Source: Marsupella aquatica
Taxonomy: Eukaryota > Plantae > Marchantiophyta
Assembly (NCBI GenBank): GCA_973895155.1
Contig: OZ316891.1
Span: 9,487,875 to 9,551,874 of the forward strand
Length of the DNA stretch: 64,000 bases
Reading direction: 5' to 3'
Shown: piece by piece, positions 13,256 through 25,015 of the stretch
Numbering within the stretch: position 1 is the stretch's first letter
Layout: each line of letters opens with the position of its first letter
Position numbers and translations under genes: made by a program
Notes under the pieces: generated by a model
What the model saw: only the letters and a program-made list of their open reading frames with translations
Databases searched by the model: none
Told to the model about the DNA's origin: nothing

Positions 13256-14162
13256 CTGTATTCACCACCCAATGAACGTCAACACAGGTGTACAATCTGT
13301 AGTGTAGGAAGGTTTTCATCTGATGAGGGGGACAAAATATGGTGTGCAATCTTCAGCGTGCAAAGTAGTGTCAATCTTATCTCACTTGAGGGAATCTGAT
13401 CACTATTTCAAACGCAGATTCAGTATTCCACAACGAATGTCATTGCATGTATTCATGAGCAAGTCTTTCCATAAAATTGGCCATTTTACGATCGCTGGGG
13501 AGAAGTAGGTTCTGGAAACCAGGGCAGACGTTTCTAAACCAACCGCATGAAGTTTAGGGAACACCATCTTATGAAAATGGGTGGCGGGAAGTGCCACTCA
13601 ACTATCACATTGCAACAAGACAACAGCCAGAGAATCATTTTCTGGGAGACACTGCGGACATTTATGAGAAAGGTGCGAATTAGCGAGCTTAGATACACAC
13701 GAACTCCTATTCCTAGGTCGTTGACAGTAGGAAACTGTCACTAGATCTTATATTTTTTGAGGATAAATCTAAAAGTAGGCATCAAAGACATCTGCAGATT
13801 TCTCCCTCACTGTCATCCTGTCGAAAATAATTGATTGATCACTGTCATGTACAAAACCAGACTCTACTAACGCGTAAACACAAAGCTCACATGCTGCAGT
13901 TGCTCCCAATATTTAGATCTGCAAGCTGGAGCACAGCTAGCAGATTGATACTCGGGGAACTTCAGGGACTGTAACCTAACTGTATATACAAACAACCCTT
14001 CCCCAGTGCAGTGTTTTCAAATTGCCTAGGTGCTGTTCAGAGAACCACCACCTAGTCCTAAAACTTTCAAATAGCTCAGCCTTACACTGCTCACAAGAGA
14101 TCTTAAACCAAGCGTTGCCAAAGCTGGGCATCTCCAGCCGCCACTGAACCAACTTTGGAGCT

Positions 14163-14609
14163 CTAGCTATATCCGACGCCGAATTTGTTATTATACAACC
14201 CTCCGTGAAGTATCAACACGTAGATGGTCTCGAAGAACGTAAGAATAATTACAAATGCCGACAAGGCTCTCGTTCTGGACGATGTATAGCCAATGTCAAT
14301 CTGCTTGCATGCCACTCCGAAGGCCACAAGCAGAACGACCCAAGCGATCAATGCAGTGGTGGACGCACTGCCCACACTCCCAGAGTTGTAGTGATGGAAG
14401 TGGGTAAGCCCAGAAATAATGGCGGCAGCAACCAGCATCCCGGCTACTAAAGAGAGAATGATCAGAGTTAAGGTAGCGCCGTTCTCCCCGGCAAGAGTAG
14501 AATCAACGTGCTTGTCAAAACAGTAGCCTGCCAGAGCCAGCAGTATCAAGTCTAGGATGGCCAGCCAAATAACTAACCCTAGTACATGATGCTTCCCAAT
14601 TACTGCCAT
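14163..14609 (-). CDS. AWPM-19-like (PM19L) membrane protein, 148 aa, single coding exon
   Basis: Four hydrophobic helices with family-like motifs ENGAT..LSLVAG, ALIAW...AFGVACKQI and SRTRALSAFVIIL. Confidence 0.88.
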   Translation of the reverse strand: MAVIGKHHVLGLVIWLAILDLILLALAGYCFDKHVDSTLAGENGATLTLIILSLVAGMLVAAAIISGLTHFHHYNSGSVGSASTTALIAWVVLLVAFGVACKQIDIGYTSSRTRALSAFVIILTFFETIYVLILHGGLYNNKFGVGYS

Positions 14610-15063
14610 TTCACCAAATTCTCCTCTTAAGACTAGCTATTGCTTTCTTCGAACTCTTCAATTCCGATCGTCAGAAGTGTGGACCGATACAGGGCACTGT
14701 CCTTACTCCTTACTTTCCAGCTGGACCAAATGCTCAATACAATGAAGTTTTGAGCTAGGCAAGCTGTGCTCAATTTGTGCGAGGAGAGCAAACGCAATTT
14801 GACCACGAGGATTTCAACAGCTGAAATGAGCGTCAGGCACTCACAAAATGAGCTATCACTCGGTTGCCCGTCTTTTGCTCATCCGCCATATAACTACTGC
14901 CCAACGCAGCTCAGCTCAGCCCAGCCCAGCTCAGCTCCAGTTCGTTCACTGTCTCGCAACAGTTTCCTTCAGAAGAGAGCGCTCTAGAAGCATAGAAACG
15001 AAGATTGTACTCGACGACCTCGCACTCTCCGATTCTGCTCAGCTGTGAGGCTGCAGGGCCGAA

Positions 15064-15071
15064 TTTTATAG
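15064..15071 (-). promoter_or_regulatory. Putative TATA box of the AWPM-19-like gene
   Basis: CTATAAAA on the minus strand ~460 bp upstream of the ATG, with an ACGT core (tcacgtca) at ~15255-15262. Confidence 0.45.
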
Positions 15072-15565
15072 GCAATTCGTAGAAGCCAAAACAGAAAGTG
15101 CAGCAGCAAAATGACTACGGAAAACCCAAGATAGAACAGAGAAATTATGACAACCTGACCAGCTGTGGTCCTCACTATCTGCCAGCTGCGCATCCCCAAT
15201 GTCTGCGGGGAAAACTTGATTTGAGTACAAAACCCATATCTGCAATTTGCTATTTGACGTGAGCAAAGCTTCTATTATTATCTGGGGGAGTCCCTCCATA
15301 GCTTTCCCGCCCTCTACTGTAGCAGTCATGTCAGTTGGTAGTTTCGTACTGCGGCTCTGTTTCACAGCAGGTGCATTCACCTGGATTGACCCAATCACCT
15401 GACCAACAGGGGTTAACTTCCAACCGTGACAGAGGGAGAGGACCCAAAGTTGTACTTTAGAGGAATCCAATGCAAGTCATGACTCATGAGCGATTATTAG
15501 GTCACATTATAAGAGTTGTCCCTTAAAGAACTGGTGCAATGAACTATGATTAATGTTGTTATGCC

Positions 15566-15724
15566 AGACATTTATTTGATAGATCTCTAAATCTAAAAGT
15601 GTTACTTGATAGACACCGTGACATTTATTTTGTGTACTTTGATTTAAGGTCTATCAACGTCTGGATCCTTCATGGGGTCCGTCAAGTAACATTTTTCAAT
15701 TTTGTATATATCAAATAAATGTCT
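15566..15724. mobile_element. Small foldback/MITE-like element (159 bp)
   Basis: ~55-bp imperfect inverted arms: agacatttatttgata...tgttacttga versus tcaagtaaca...tatcaaataaatgtct. Confidence 0.7.
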
Positions 15725-16027
15725 TTTGTTAAACCCAAAACATGAGTCACCTGGTAAATTCTCTCACCAATACATATTGATTCATGAACTCTCATTGAAG
15801 TTGGGGCAGTAGTGTGACTCAAAGTTGTCAGTCTTTGCTTCAGCAGCACTAGTGACTATTTCGAGAGAAGCACGTATGCAAGCCCTTTTGGCAATTTCAG
15901 ACAGTATGCAAATCCTCAGTAGTTTAACTGAGAGACACTCAACTCACCCTAGCTTGATCCATGCCTAAATAACAGTGGACTCAATCCATGAAGAAGGCCT
16001 AAGCATGGAACAATAATAGGAGTGTGC

Positions 16028-16457
16028 GTCCGGTTTGGACTTGTCGGACAAATAGCACCATTTGGAGCGACAAATGACATATGTCACCCCGGTTGGGATC
16101 GACTGGGGTGACAGGGTCGGGCCGGGAGGGTTTGGAGCCGAGCCGGGAGAAGGGTCGGGGGGTTGGACGGGTCGGGCCGGGGGATCGCCCGGGGGGGTCG
16201 GTCGAGGGTTGGGGGAGTCCGGGACTGGGCCGGGAGACTTCAAAAGACTTTGCGACCTGGCCGGGAGGGTTCGGGAAAGTCTGGGACCCGGCTGGGAGGG
16301 GTCGGAAGAGTTTGGGACCGGGCAGGGGATGGTTTGGGAATTTTTGGTCCTGGTTGGGGAATCTAAGGGAATATTGGACAAATAGGCCGTTTTTGAGCGG
16401 ACAAGTTGTCATTTGTCGTGTCGGACAAGTAAACATCTTGTCCGACAGTGAAAACCG
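16028..16457. mobile_element. Mutator-like MITE with GC-rich internal subrepeats
   Basis: Imperfect TIRs (ccggttt..tgtcggacaa..cgacaaatgaca / tgtcatttgtcg..ttgtccgaca..aaaccgg) and a 9-bp direct repeat GGAGTGTGC at 16019-16027 and 16458-16466. The interior consists of gggtcgg/gggccggga repeats. Confidence 0.75.
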
Positions 16458-17087
16458 GGAGTGTGCCATACACACACACTTGGGGTGCAGTGACACCATC
16501 TGTATATGAGCAAAGCTCAGGCATCCAAACTCATTTCTATGGCTGTGTTGCTCAAGAGTTGAGGGACAACTACAGGCATAGCATCCGCACAAGTTTTCAG
16601 GCCGACGCCCTGCAAATAGAAATTCCCATGGCTGATTAGAATCACTTAGTGTAAAACCCTTAAAACTATGTGAGAATAAACTAATAATATTTTGGAAAAA
16701 TAAATTCAACTAAAAAACCCCTTTATTTTATAAATTTTGACAAATTCTTAAAATACTTTACTGAATTTGAGAAATAATTATTTTACCAAAATTGGATTTT
16801 TCAATGCTTCTAGCATAAATTTTTATTATAATTAGTAGTTTGGAAAAATTATAAATAAGTTTTATTTGTTCACACTTCGTCTTAATAATTTGACTAATAA
16901 TTCCCTAAATGATTAGAGGTTTGGATTGCATTTTAGAACATTTCACTGGCAACTGCCAAAAGAGCATCCGTTGTTACTGTACACAGCAAGCTCCTGGCCC
17001 GTCAATCTTTACCGTAATGTAGATTCAAACAAATGGAACATGCAAGCATAGATGTGATTTGGCTTAGCAGGCAACACAGTTTGAGCA

Positions 17088-17171
17088 GCCACAAAAATCG
17101 CAAAAAATGGTGGTATGGAAATCATTTTAGCCCACAAAAATCACAAAACATGGTGGTATGGAAATCATTTC
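17088..17171. repeat. 43-bp tandem duplication
   Basis: ccacaaaaatc.caaaa.atggtggtatggaaatcattt x2. Confidence 0.85.
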
Positions 17172-17479
17172 AGTCAGTTTTTCTGGTGGCTTTTCAAATG
17201 TTATCCTATTTGGCCCTTGCTCACTTGACTGAATGTGTTCGGTCTTGGTGTTGTTGTTGGTCTGTGACCTGTCTTGGGTCTGGCCTATTTTATTCCCGCT
17301 TTTTATTGGGTTTTCCTTCTCTTTTAAGTAAAGTACTCCGTTCAAGATTTTTTTTTTTAAATCATTTTTGAAGGTGTCCCAAAAATTTGGCGATTGGGGA
17401 TGCGTGCAACACATCATTGGAAAAATCCCCCTACTTTTTTGGCGAGGGGGCTGATGGCTTCCACCGGTGTGGATGCTCA

Positions 17480-17895
17480 GGGCCGACGGTGTAACGTGAT
17501 GAGTCCCCTTACATTGTTACCGTGAAGCGCCCGACGCGCAGTAAAAATAAGAAGAGTATAACATCCTGTTGGTGGCAGACCGCAACAAAACGCTCATCAC
17601 ACGCGTCGCATTCCGCGACGATCTGTCAGAATCGGAAACCGATCCGCGGGCAGGCCGAATCGCGGAGCTGACGTGGATATTTTGTTTTCTCTCAGCCCCG
17701 GGCACCCACGTCGGGCACGCACCTCCTGCCCACGGCGGGCAGAAACGCGGGCAGGTACAATGACGACGATAGATGCGAATTTCGTTAATGGTCAGGCTCC
17801 GATGGGCGACACGTATAAAATGGAGGGCTCGATAGCGTGCACGTGGGGGGCTCTTTATGGTGGACAGAACCTTTGCCTCGTTCCGCACGTTCTGT
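17480..17895. promoter_or_regulatory. CpG-rich island with clustered ACGT (ABRE/G-box-like) cores
   Basis: ACGT at ~17494, 17671, 17708, 17811, 17841 (CACGTG) and 17887, plus ACGCGT at ~17601. CpG density is far above the flanks. Confidence 0.5.
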
Positions 17896-17899
17896 ATTC

Positions 17900-19150
17900 C
17901 TATCTGAGGAATCCGATGAGTTTCTTTATCTCTAGTTTACTCATTTGAGATTTTGAGGATTTTGCTGAGGTGTTTTTTTGTTCAGGGTTGGCTGCACTCC
18001 TATTGACTGTTAGCCTATCACGACCAGGGGTAAACAGTAAAGGCCCTCGTCTTTGTCTGTTGTGTGCATGCAATGCATGCAGTAATAAAAGTTGGGGCTT
18101 CTTTTCATAGTATTTTTTAGTGAGTAGGGGAGGTGGTATAAATGACAAATCTTATTACAACTACAGTCATAAGAAGTGTCTAAGTGCATTCCTTGATTTA
18201 TTGGGTTTTTTTTCTTTTGGTATGATCATGTGTCCCGCTTGGCATTCCTGTCTTGTGTTATATATAAATTAAATTAAATTAAATTAAATTAAATACAGAC
18301 TACCAGTCACCTAATCTTAGAGCAATTTGCTTTGTAAATATACCCAAAAATGGTGTGCACGTGAGGAACAAGGTGAGTTCTTTCCTAGTGTACTCAAATT
18401 GAAAATTTTGCAGAGGTGTTTTCTGCTCTGGGTTGGCTGCATTTCCTATGACTGCCAGCCTATCACTATGAGGAGGTAAAGAGAAAGACCCTCGTTGTTG
18501 TCTGTTACCGTGTTACGTGCATGCATGCAATAATAAAGATTGGGGCTACTTTTCAATGCATTTTTTTAGTGATTAGGGGAGGTGGCATTATAGCAAATCT
18601 TACTCCAGCTACAGTCATGTGTGAAAGTGCCTTTCTTGCTTAAATGCATGTAGACCATGTGGTCCCCTCATATTATAGCCATTTCATTTGTAAATACACC
18701 AGAAAATTAGTACACATAAGGAACAACATGAGTTTTTATCTAATTTACTCATTTGAGGATTTTTGCTGAGGTGCTTTTCTGAATTTCCTATGACTGTCAG
18801 CCTATTGTGACAGGGCGTAAATTGTAAGCACCGTCGTTGTTGCCTGTTACATAATTGCAGTACTAAAATACATAACTGAATTTCTGTCTATAAGTGTACA
18901 CATGAGGACCACAGGTGTTTTTTACTAGTGTTCTCTTTAAACTATTTTGCCCCAGATTTTGCTAAAAGTGTCTCTGCTATGGGTTGTCCTGTATTTCATA
19001 TGACCATCAGCCTATCACGATCAGGGCATGTTAAAGAATAGAGACCCTCGTGGATGTCTGCTACGTGCATGCAGTTAAAAAGTTGGGGGCCTTTTCAGGG
19101 TATTCTTCAGTGATTAAAGGAGGTGGCACAAATGGCCAATCTGGCTACTG
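17900..19150. repeat. Degenerate tandem array, four copies of a ~200-450-bp unit
   Basis: The shared core (gagttt..ctagtttactc..gaggtg..gggttggctgca..cctatgactg.cagcctatcac..ccctcgt..gtgcatgca..ttgggg..ggaggtgg) starts at ~17918, 18375, 18730 and 18915. Confidence 0.85.
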
Positions 19151-19237
19151 TCGACTGTGCATGATTGTACCTTGTATAAGATCATTATGTGGTTAAACCA
19201 TAGCTGCCGGGCCCAATCCTTGTCTAACTTTATTTTT

Positions 19238-19530
19238 TGTTCTTGGAGGTTAACTACTTATTTTTCCTTCACCCCTTTGCATTAAAAAAATTTCTTCTTG
19301 GAGGTTGTCTTAGTTTCTATGGTTTTCGCATTATTTTTGGGTTCTATTGTTCAAGGTTATTTTAGTTTCCTCGACCGGAAGTGTAGTTTGTTTTTTAATT
19401 CTTGGAGGTTAATTTAGTTTGCTTGGGTTGTGCATTTTCTGTATTGTTCTTCAACGTTACTTTAGATTCCTTGACCGTTTGTGAATTTTCTTGGAAGCTA
19501 CTTTAGTTTCCTAGTTTTGTGCATTTTATT
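19238..19530. repeat. ~50-bp-period degenerate minisatellite
   Basis: Recurrent ttcttggaggtt / tcaaggtta..ttagtttcc motif, about six times. Confidence 0.6.
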
Positions 19531-21521
19531 TTCACTCTTGACTCCGCTTCACTCACTTTCAATATTGACTTCACTTTTGCTGGTCAACAATGAAGAATGA
19601 TTCATGACCAGAGATGACTTCAACAATGAAAACTTTCTTATTGATAGTGTTCTTATGCAACAACATGGATCACAAGCAAGGTGTTTGTGCAAGTATGACT
19701 AAACTTAAAGATGGGGCATACAATGTGAGCTGGTGGGAGCTCTACAATCCCTCCCATGCTCCTTTCATTTAGCCACCACTACCTTAGTGAAATCTCAGAC
19801 TAACCCACACTAGGCAACCCAACCAATAGACCAATGTGTATTGTTGTGGTGGAAAGTGAAAGCAAAACAATACAAGTACAGCATTCAAACGGGCACTGGG
19901 CTATGCCTGCTTGCTGCCCAGAAATTTTGGAATTAAAAAAATTCACTAGGGCCAATTAGATTGCAGGGAAACAATATTGAATTTTTGGGGCTTGTTGTCA
20001 AAATTGTCTGCAATTATTGCCAGTTGTAGATCTCTGGGAATTAGTTTGTTTGAGCCCAAGATCACATCAAACAGGCAAGATTTGGTGCAAGTGCACAAAA
20101 AAAAATGCCTGATCCACACCAGGTGCTCCATCCAGAAAATGAGCCCACCAGTAGATTGTGTCATACATGCGAGCTCCAGGTAACTTGGAGCGCTAAGTAG
20201 TAGGAGTTGCCGTTTAATTAATGCCCTCTCCTGGTGGCCTTACAATTTTTTGCCTTACTTTGAATGCCCTCACTCTCCTCATTGCTCACGGTCTTATTAC
20301 AAAGTGTTGGCCCCACAATGAACAGTGTCTAAGTGCATTCCATGGATAAGTGCAGGATAATTACCTCAATGCATACTTAAAGAATTATTTATTGATTAAT
20401 GCAGCACACAATTACATAAAGTAGTTTCATGCACTTACCAGTAGCCAGATGCAATCAGGAGTTAAGCAAGTTATGCCATCAAGAGTTTTGCAAGTGGAAA
20501 GTTTATTCAAAAGGAGAAACCATTCCAACAAATATGGGGAGTAGCCACTACTTTGTGTTTTGCATGTGTGGAACAAAAGCGAGAAAAAGTGTGGTATTAG
20601 TATTGAATTATCGTCATGTTCATAGCATTTGTACACGAGAATTGCTGGAGAGAATTGACACAAATAACAATTTTACGCCAATTGGAAGGATCATTCCTGG
20701 TCTACGGCGCTCTGCTAGCCGAGTCATCCATCACTGATCCCACTTGATGAATCTAGCCTCAAGCTCTCAAAGGTATACGAGAATACAAGATATTTTTTGA
20801 CTTCCCGTTATAGAGAAGCCATCTGAGCCGCTCAAAATGAAGATTTTTTATTAGAATATATTTTGATTTACTTTATGAGAGTGCTTTCCTTTGTTTCTTT
20901 GGCCATTTGAAACTAACTTGCAACCCTTTTTAATTTCTATTGGAAATCTATTTTTCTCTGCTTATGTACCTCCCTTGATTTTTTATTTCCTTATTTATCT
21001 CCAGATGAGAGCCCTTCAGGTAGTTTCACGCTTACCCCTTTTGAATTTTTTCAATTGTGGCACTCCCCACTGGCACGAGCTCCTCCTTCTCTGAGATGTA
21101 ATTTCTCCTACTTACCATTGCTGCCCCCCCCCCCCCCCCAACTTCCACCATTACCTCCCCCTCATAGGACACAACCCATTATAACCCTTTTAAGGATAAT
21201 TTGATTGAAAGGAAATTATCGTTTTAATCAAATTCCTTAAGATTAATACAGCTTAATTTTGCTTTTGTTGCTACAAGACACAAAAAAGTGAAGTGTGTTG
21301 CAGGATGAGCATGCTTTCAGCCCAGTCCGTGATTCTCCAACAGTCGGGTAGGTCTTCATACTCTTTGGACTCTGTAAAACCACCCAATTTCACTTCTAGG
21401 CCCTCAACTAGGCCATTGGGGCAATGGCCATTTTAACTCCCATGCAAATTAGAGGAAAAAGACCATAGTCCCCCTCTTTTATCCCTTTGTAGTATCATGG
21501 GAGGTCCCTAGTCATAACCTC

Positions 21522-21806
21522 GGGGGGTTAACTAAGTGTATATTTTGGGGTACCACTTGCGATCCTAGCCTAATATAAATAGACCTATTTTATAAAGAAA
21601 ATATTCCAAGAATATCTCCAATTTCAATATTAATAACCTATTTTATTTTATAAAAAGTATATATTAGAGAATATTCTATAAACATGAGGTTATAATACCT
21701 TCTTTTGCCTCCTATGCTTTTTAAAAATTTAGTTAATTTCTATCGAAAATGCCTATTTTGGATCGCATGTGGTTCTTAAGATTTTTGATAGTTAACCCCC
21801 TCAGGC
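21522..21806 (+). mobile_element. MITE (~285 bp, AT-rich), copy A
   Basis: Termini ggggggttaacta / tagttaaccccc and a perfect 9-bp TSD CATAACCTC (21513-21521, 21807-21815). It is the reverse complement of 23599-23888. Confidence 0.85.
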
Positions 21807-22899
21807 CATAACCTCCTTGCCAGCTTGGCCAGAGCGTTCGAAATCTTAATCCCCAGCCAATCTTTTAAAATTTTGTGTATACTAATTTACAGGGCAGTAT
21901 GGGATATAATGCGTTGAACAAGAGCTTCTACTCAAGTGCTGAGGTTCTATTAAACCTTATAGAGACAGGGCTTTAATACACTAAAAGGCCTGAAAGATTT
22001 TCATTTTTACTGATTTTAGTAAAAGTATACCACAATCCTCCTAACGAGATGATCCAAATCTTGACTTGGCATTATGCTTCCAGAATGCACTGGAAAACAC
22101 AAAGGGAAAAATCATGAAGTGCAGTATGTGTCAAAAAAGAGTATTGGGGTTTATACTTTCTATCCCATCCTTCCCAAGGTTCATATCTTCATTTTGGGTT
22201 CATTCTCTTTGGAAGGCTCAAATCACTCAGGGACTTAGACCCCACCTGTTCTCCCCTCCTTCCCAACGTTTGATTCTTCACTTTGGGTGGGAAAAAGGAG
22301 CAGGGGTTTACACTTGCTATCCCATGGCCTGTTTGGGGGGCCTAGCTCCCTTGGCTCACATCACTCAGGGACTACATTCCTTAAACCCCACTTGCTCTTC
22401 CCTCCTTCCTAAGGTTCATATCTTCATTTTCCCATCCCTGTTCCCATCCTCCATTCCTTACCTTTACTTTCCCCACCTTCTTCCACTTTTCCCGTTCGTT
22501 TCCCAATTTGTTTTTTTATTGAATACGTCTATGTTCTCTCCCTTTCCTTTCCTTTCGTTTTGCTTTGCTTCCCGTTCTGTTCCATCCCGAAGGTTTGCAC
22601 TATACTCTCTGTTTATTTGTTGCATCGGCCGTGTCCGTGTTCATGTTCATGTTTAGCCCAAGTTTCTTAGGTGCTTCAGTAGTAGCGTCGCCAGGGGGAA
22701 AAACAGAAGTGAGCGAGTGGGAGGTCCAATTTTCATTCCTCGTCTGTCATCCTTTGAGGTATGTATGTTCTCTGCCCTTCCTGCCTTGCTTAATCACATC
22801 TCAATTGATCCATCGTTTGCACGTTTGTTTCTCATCTCCAATGTCTCTTTGCCATGTCCTATTCTACATGCACACTTGGTTTTCTATTTCTTGGATTAT

Positions 22900-25015
22900 C
22901 TGTTCAGTAGTCTAGGTTTGTGGAATAGCTTAGATTCTGCAAGAAAGGCAGGCCGTGTCTATTTGTTGACTTTGAAGGTACCTTCCTACCTTGCTCATGC
23001 TGTTGTTTGTCATGGATGCTGGAAAATTGCTGCAAGAGAATTACTCATTGAATGTCTGTGGGATGCAGTGGCAACAGAGGCTGTTAGACATGCTATAATT
23101 GGGAGAGTGCCGACGATAACATAACAATGCCCGGGAAAAGACAATGCCCATGGGTTGATCCCATATCAGAGGCAGCAGAGCGGTTTGCTTACAGTCCCGA
23201 GGACAATAAAATCTGATCAGATGGCACACGCACCTGAGCAGTTGGCCTACAATCCTGAGGCCAAATATTTTGAGCTGCCAAAGTCCCAACTGGACAATTC
23301 TGGCCTTGCCACTAGATGTTTGGTCATCTTCTGCCGCAAAGAGTTCCATGAGCTTTTTAGCTTCTTGAACTCTGCTTTGTATACTACTAGAGTAATCCCA
23401 TTTAAGGGAACAAATCCCTACACACTAGGCACAATTTTGGGATTGCTTGGCACAGGGAATTCTACTTCTTTTCTTGCTTTTGCATGGACCCTCACCCTAG
23501 ACATCTAGGATTTCACTTGGATACATTTCTATGAAAGAAAGTTATATTATTTCCAGGTTGTAGGCAATGAGAAGCAAACTCTTGTCTGTCGTGACCCAAC
23601 CCTTGGGGGGTTGACTATCAAAAATCTTAGAGACCACGTGCGATCCAAAATATGTATTTTTTATAAAATTAACTACATTTTTAAAAAATGTAGGAGCAAA
23701 AGAAGGTATTGTAAACTCATACTTGTAAAGTATTCTCTAATATATACCTTTTAAAAGTAAAACAGGTCATTAATATTGAAAATATGGAATATTTTTCAAA
23801 TATTTCCATTATAAAATAGGTGTGTTTATATTAGGCTAGGATTGCAAGGTGGTACCCCAAAACATACACTAAGTTAACCCCCCCCCCCCGAGACCCAGCC
23901 AAGATGATCTATATCTTTCTAGCTTGGGTATGCATTAACCAAAAACATGTTTTTGTTGATGTTTGTACGATAGACTACCATTTGCACATAATGGTAACTG
24001 ATATATGTGAAGACTGGTTGGAGAAGAATTTCAAAAAGCTAGCGATGATTACTAATGATCTCCTCGATGGCACATTGTGGCAAGATTTCTCAAGAGAGAG
24101 AGACAAAAGTGAACTGTGAGGAGTTCTTCCTTGAGTCCTGGATAAAAGAGCATTATCTTGAAGCCGTGAAGGACTACAATTTTTACAATGATGATAACCA
24201 AAATTTGGATGCAACTGAAGGCTCTATAATAATGATAACCTGAATTTGGATGCAACTGAAGGCAGCTCTTGTGAAGATCTGGCAGAATCAAAACTTTATT
24301 TTCCAGGCGGCTCTTGTCGCTCTATGTTTGAGTTCTCAACAAAGAGAGTGGTCCAGTCCGCTCTCCGGGCAATTAAAGTTTTTGGTGATATTACTCCATA
24401 CGATAATAACACCATAGGCATGCGCACAGACAGTGTTGTGAACCGCTTGTTAGGTTGTTACTAATCCACAAAATGAAAAAGGACTCCAATTGTCAACCAG
24501 TATGTTGTGACTGAATCGGCATTGGCATATGGACCATTGTACGTTGGTGGACCGCCTTGATCAATGTCTTAAAGGAGTTTAGGGTTTATCCTGCAATGGG
24601 ATGGTTGGCTATTTGAAATGGGGTTTTTTGCTAAAATTTCCGTTGAAGGCATCATTGTTTATGTCAATTGCAAAGCACTTGCAACCTTGCCTAAATCAGA
24701 AGTTGTTTGGCTGGACACTTTCAACATCCAAGAAGTTTCTGATAAGGCAGTATGGTGGAAACCCGACATGTAGAACCAGGCTGGTTACGACGCTGTTTTC
24801 ATCGACAAGTCAAAAAAGACGGTTCTATTTGTCCAGTTGATGGTAGCCTCAAAGCACTCCTTTAAAATAGAAGAGTTTTACAAGCTTTTGAATAAATTGA
24901 AGGACCACATGGAGGTAAAGGTGTTAGAAATTTACTTTATTTCTCCTAAAGGAGTCACATCTGAAAGTTCTCAAGTCACCGGACAAGGCTTGTTGCATGC
25001 ATTCCCTGGTTGGGT
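22900..25015 (+). pseudogene. Crinkler (CRN)-like P-loop NTPase + restriction-endonuclease-fold pseudogene
   Basis: Colinear CRN-like motifs: LVIFCRKEFHELFSFL; a decayed Walker A (ILGLLGTGNST-SFLAF); FTWIH; KHVFVD; EEFFLESWIKEHYLEAV; ESKLYFPGGSCRSMF; TIGMRTDSVVNRL; NQAGYDAVFIDK; VASKHSFKIEEFY; LEIYFI; TGQGLL..F.GW. It carries stops, frameshifts and a MITE insertion. The 5' boundary is uncertain. Confidence 0.75.
23599..23888 (-). mobile_element. MITE copy B, inserted in the CRN-like coding region
   Basis: Inverted copy of 21522-21806. Flanks are cgtGACCCA (23590-23598) and ggaGACCCA (23889-23897). Removing the element restores the frame (...CRDPAKMIY...). Confidence 0.85.

Noticed and set aside
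15965-16709. Pro/Gly-rich ORFs on both strands
   Set aside because: By-products of the stop-poor GC-rich MITE interior.
22066-22656. 196-aa hydrophobic ORF
   Set aside because: Derived from a pyrimidine-rich tract with a local duplication; no family motif.
21522-23888. Composite or Pack-type transposon formed by the two inverted 285-bp repeats
   Set aside because: Each copy has its own TIRs and its own TSD, and copy B interrupts the CRN-like frame, so these are independent insertions.
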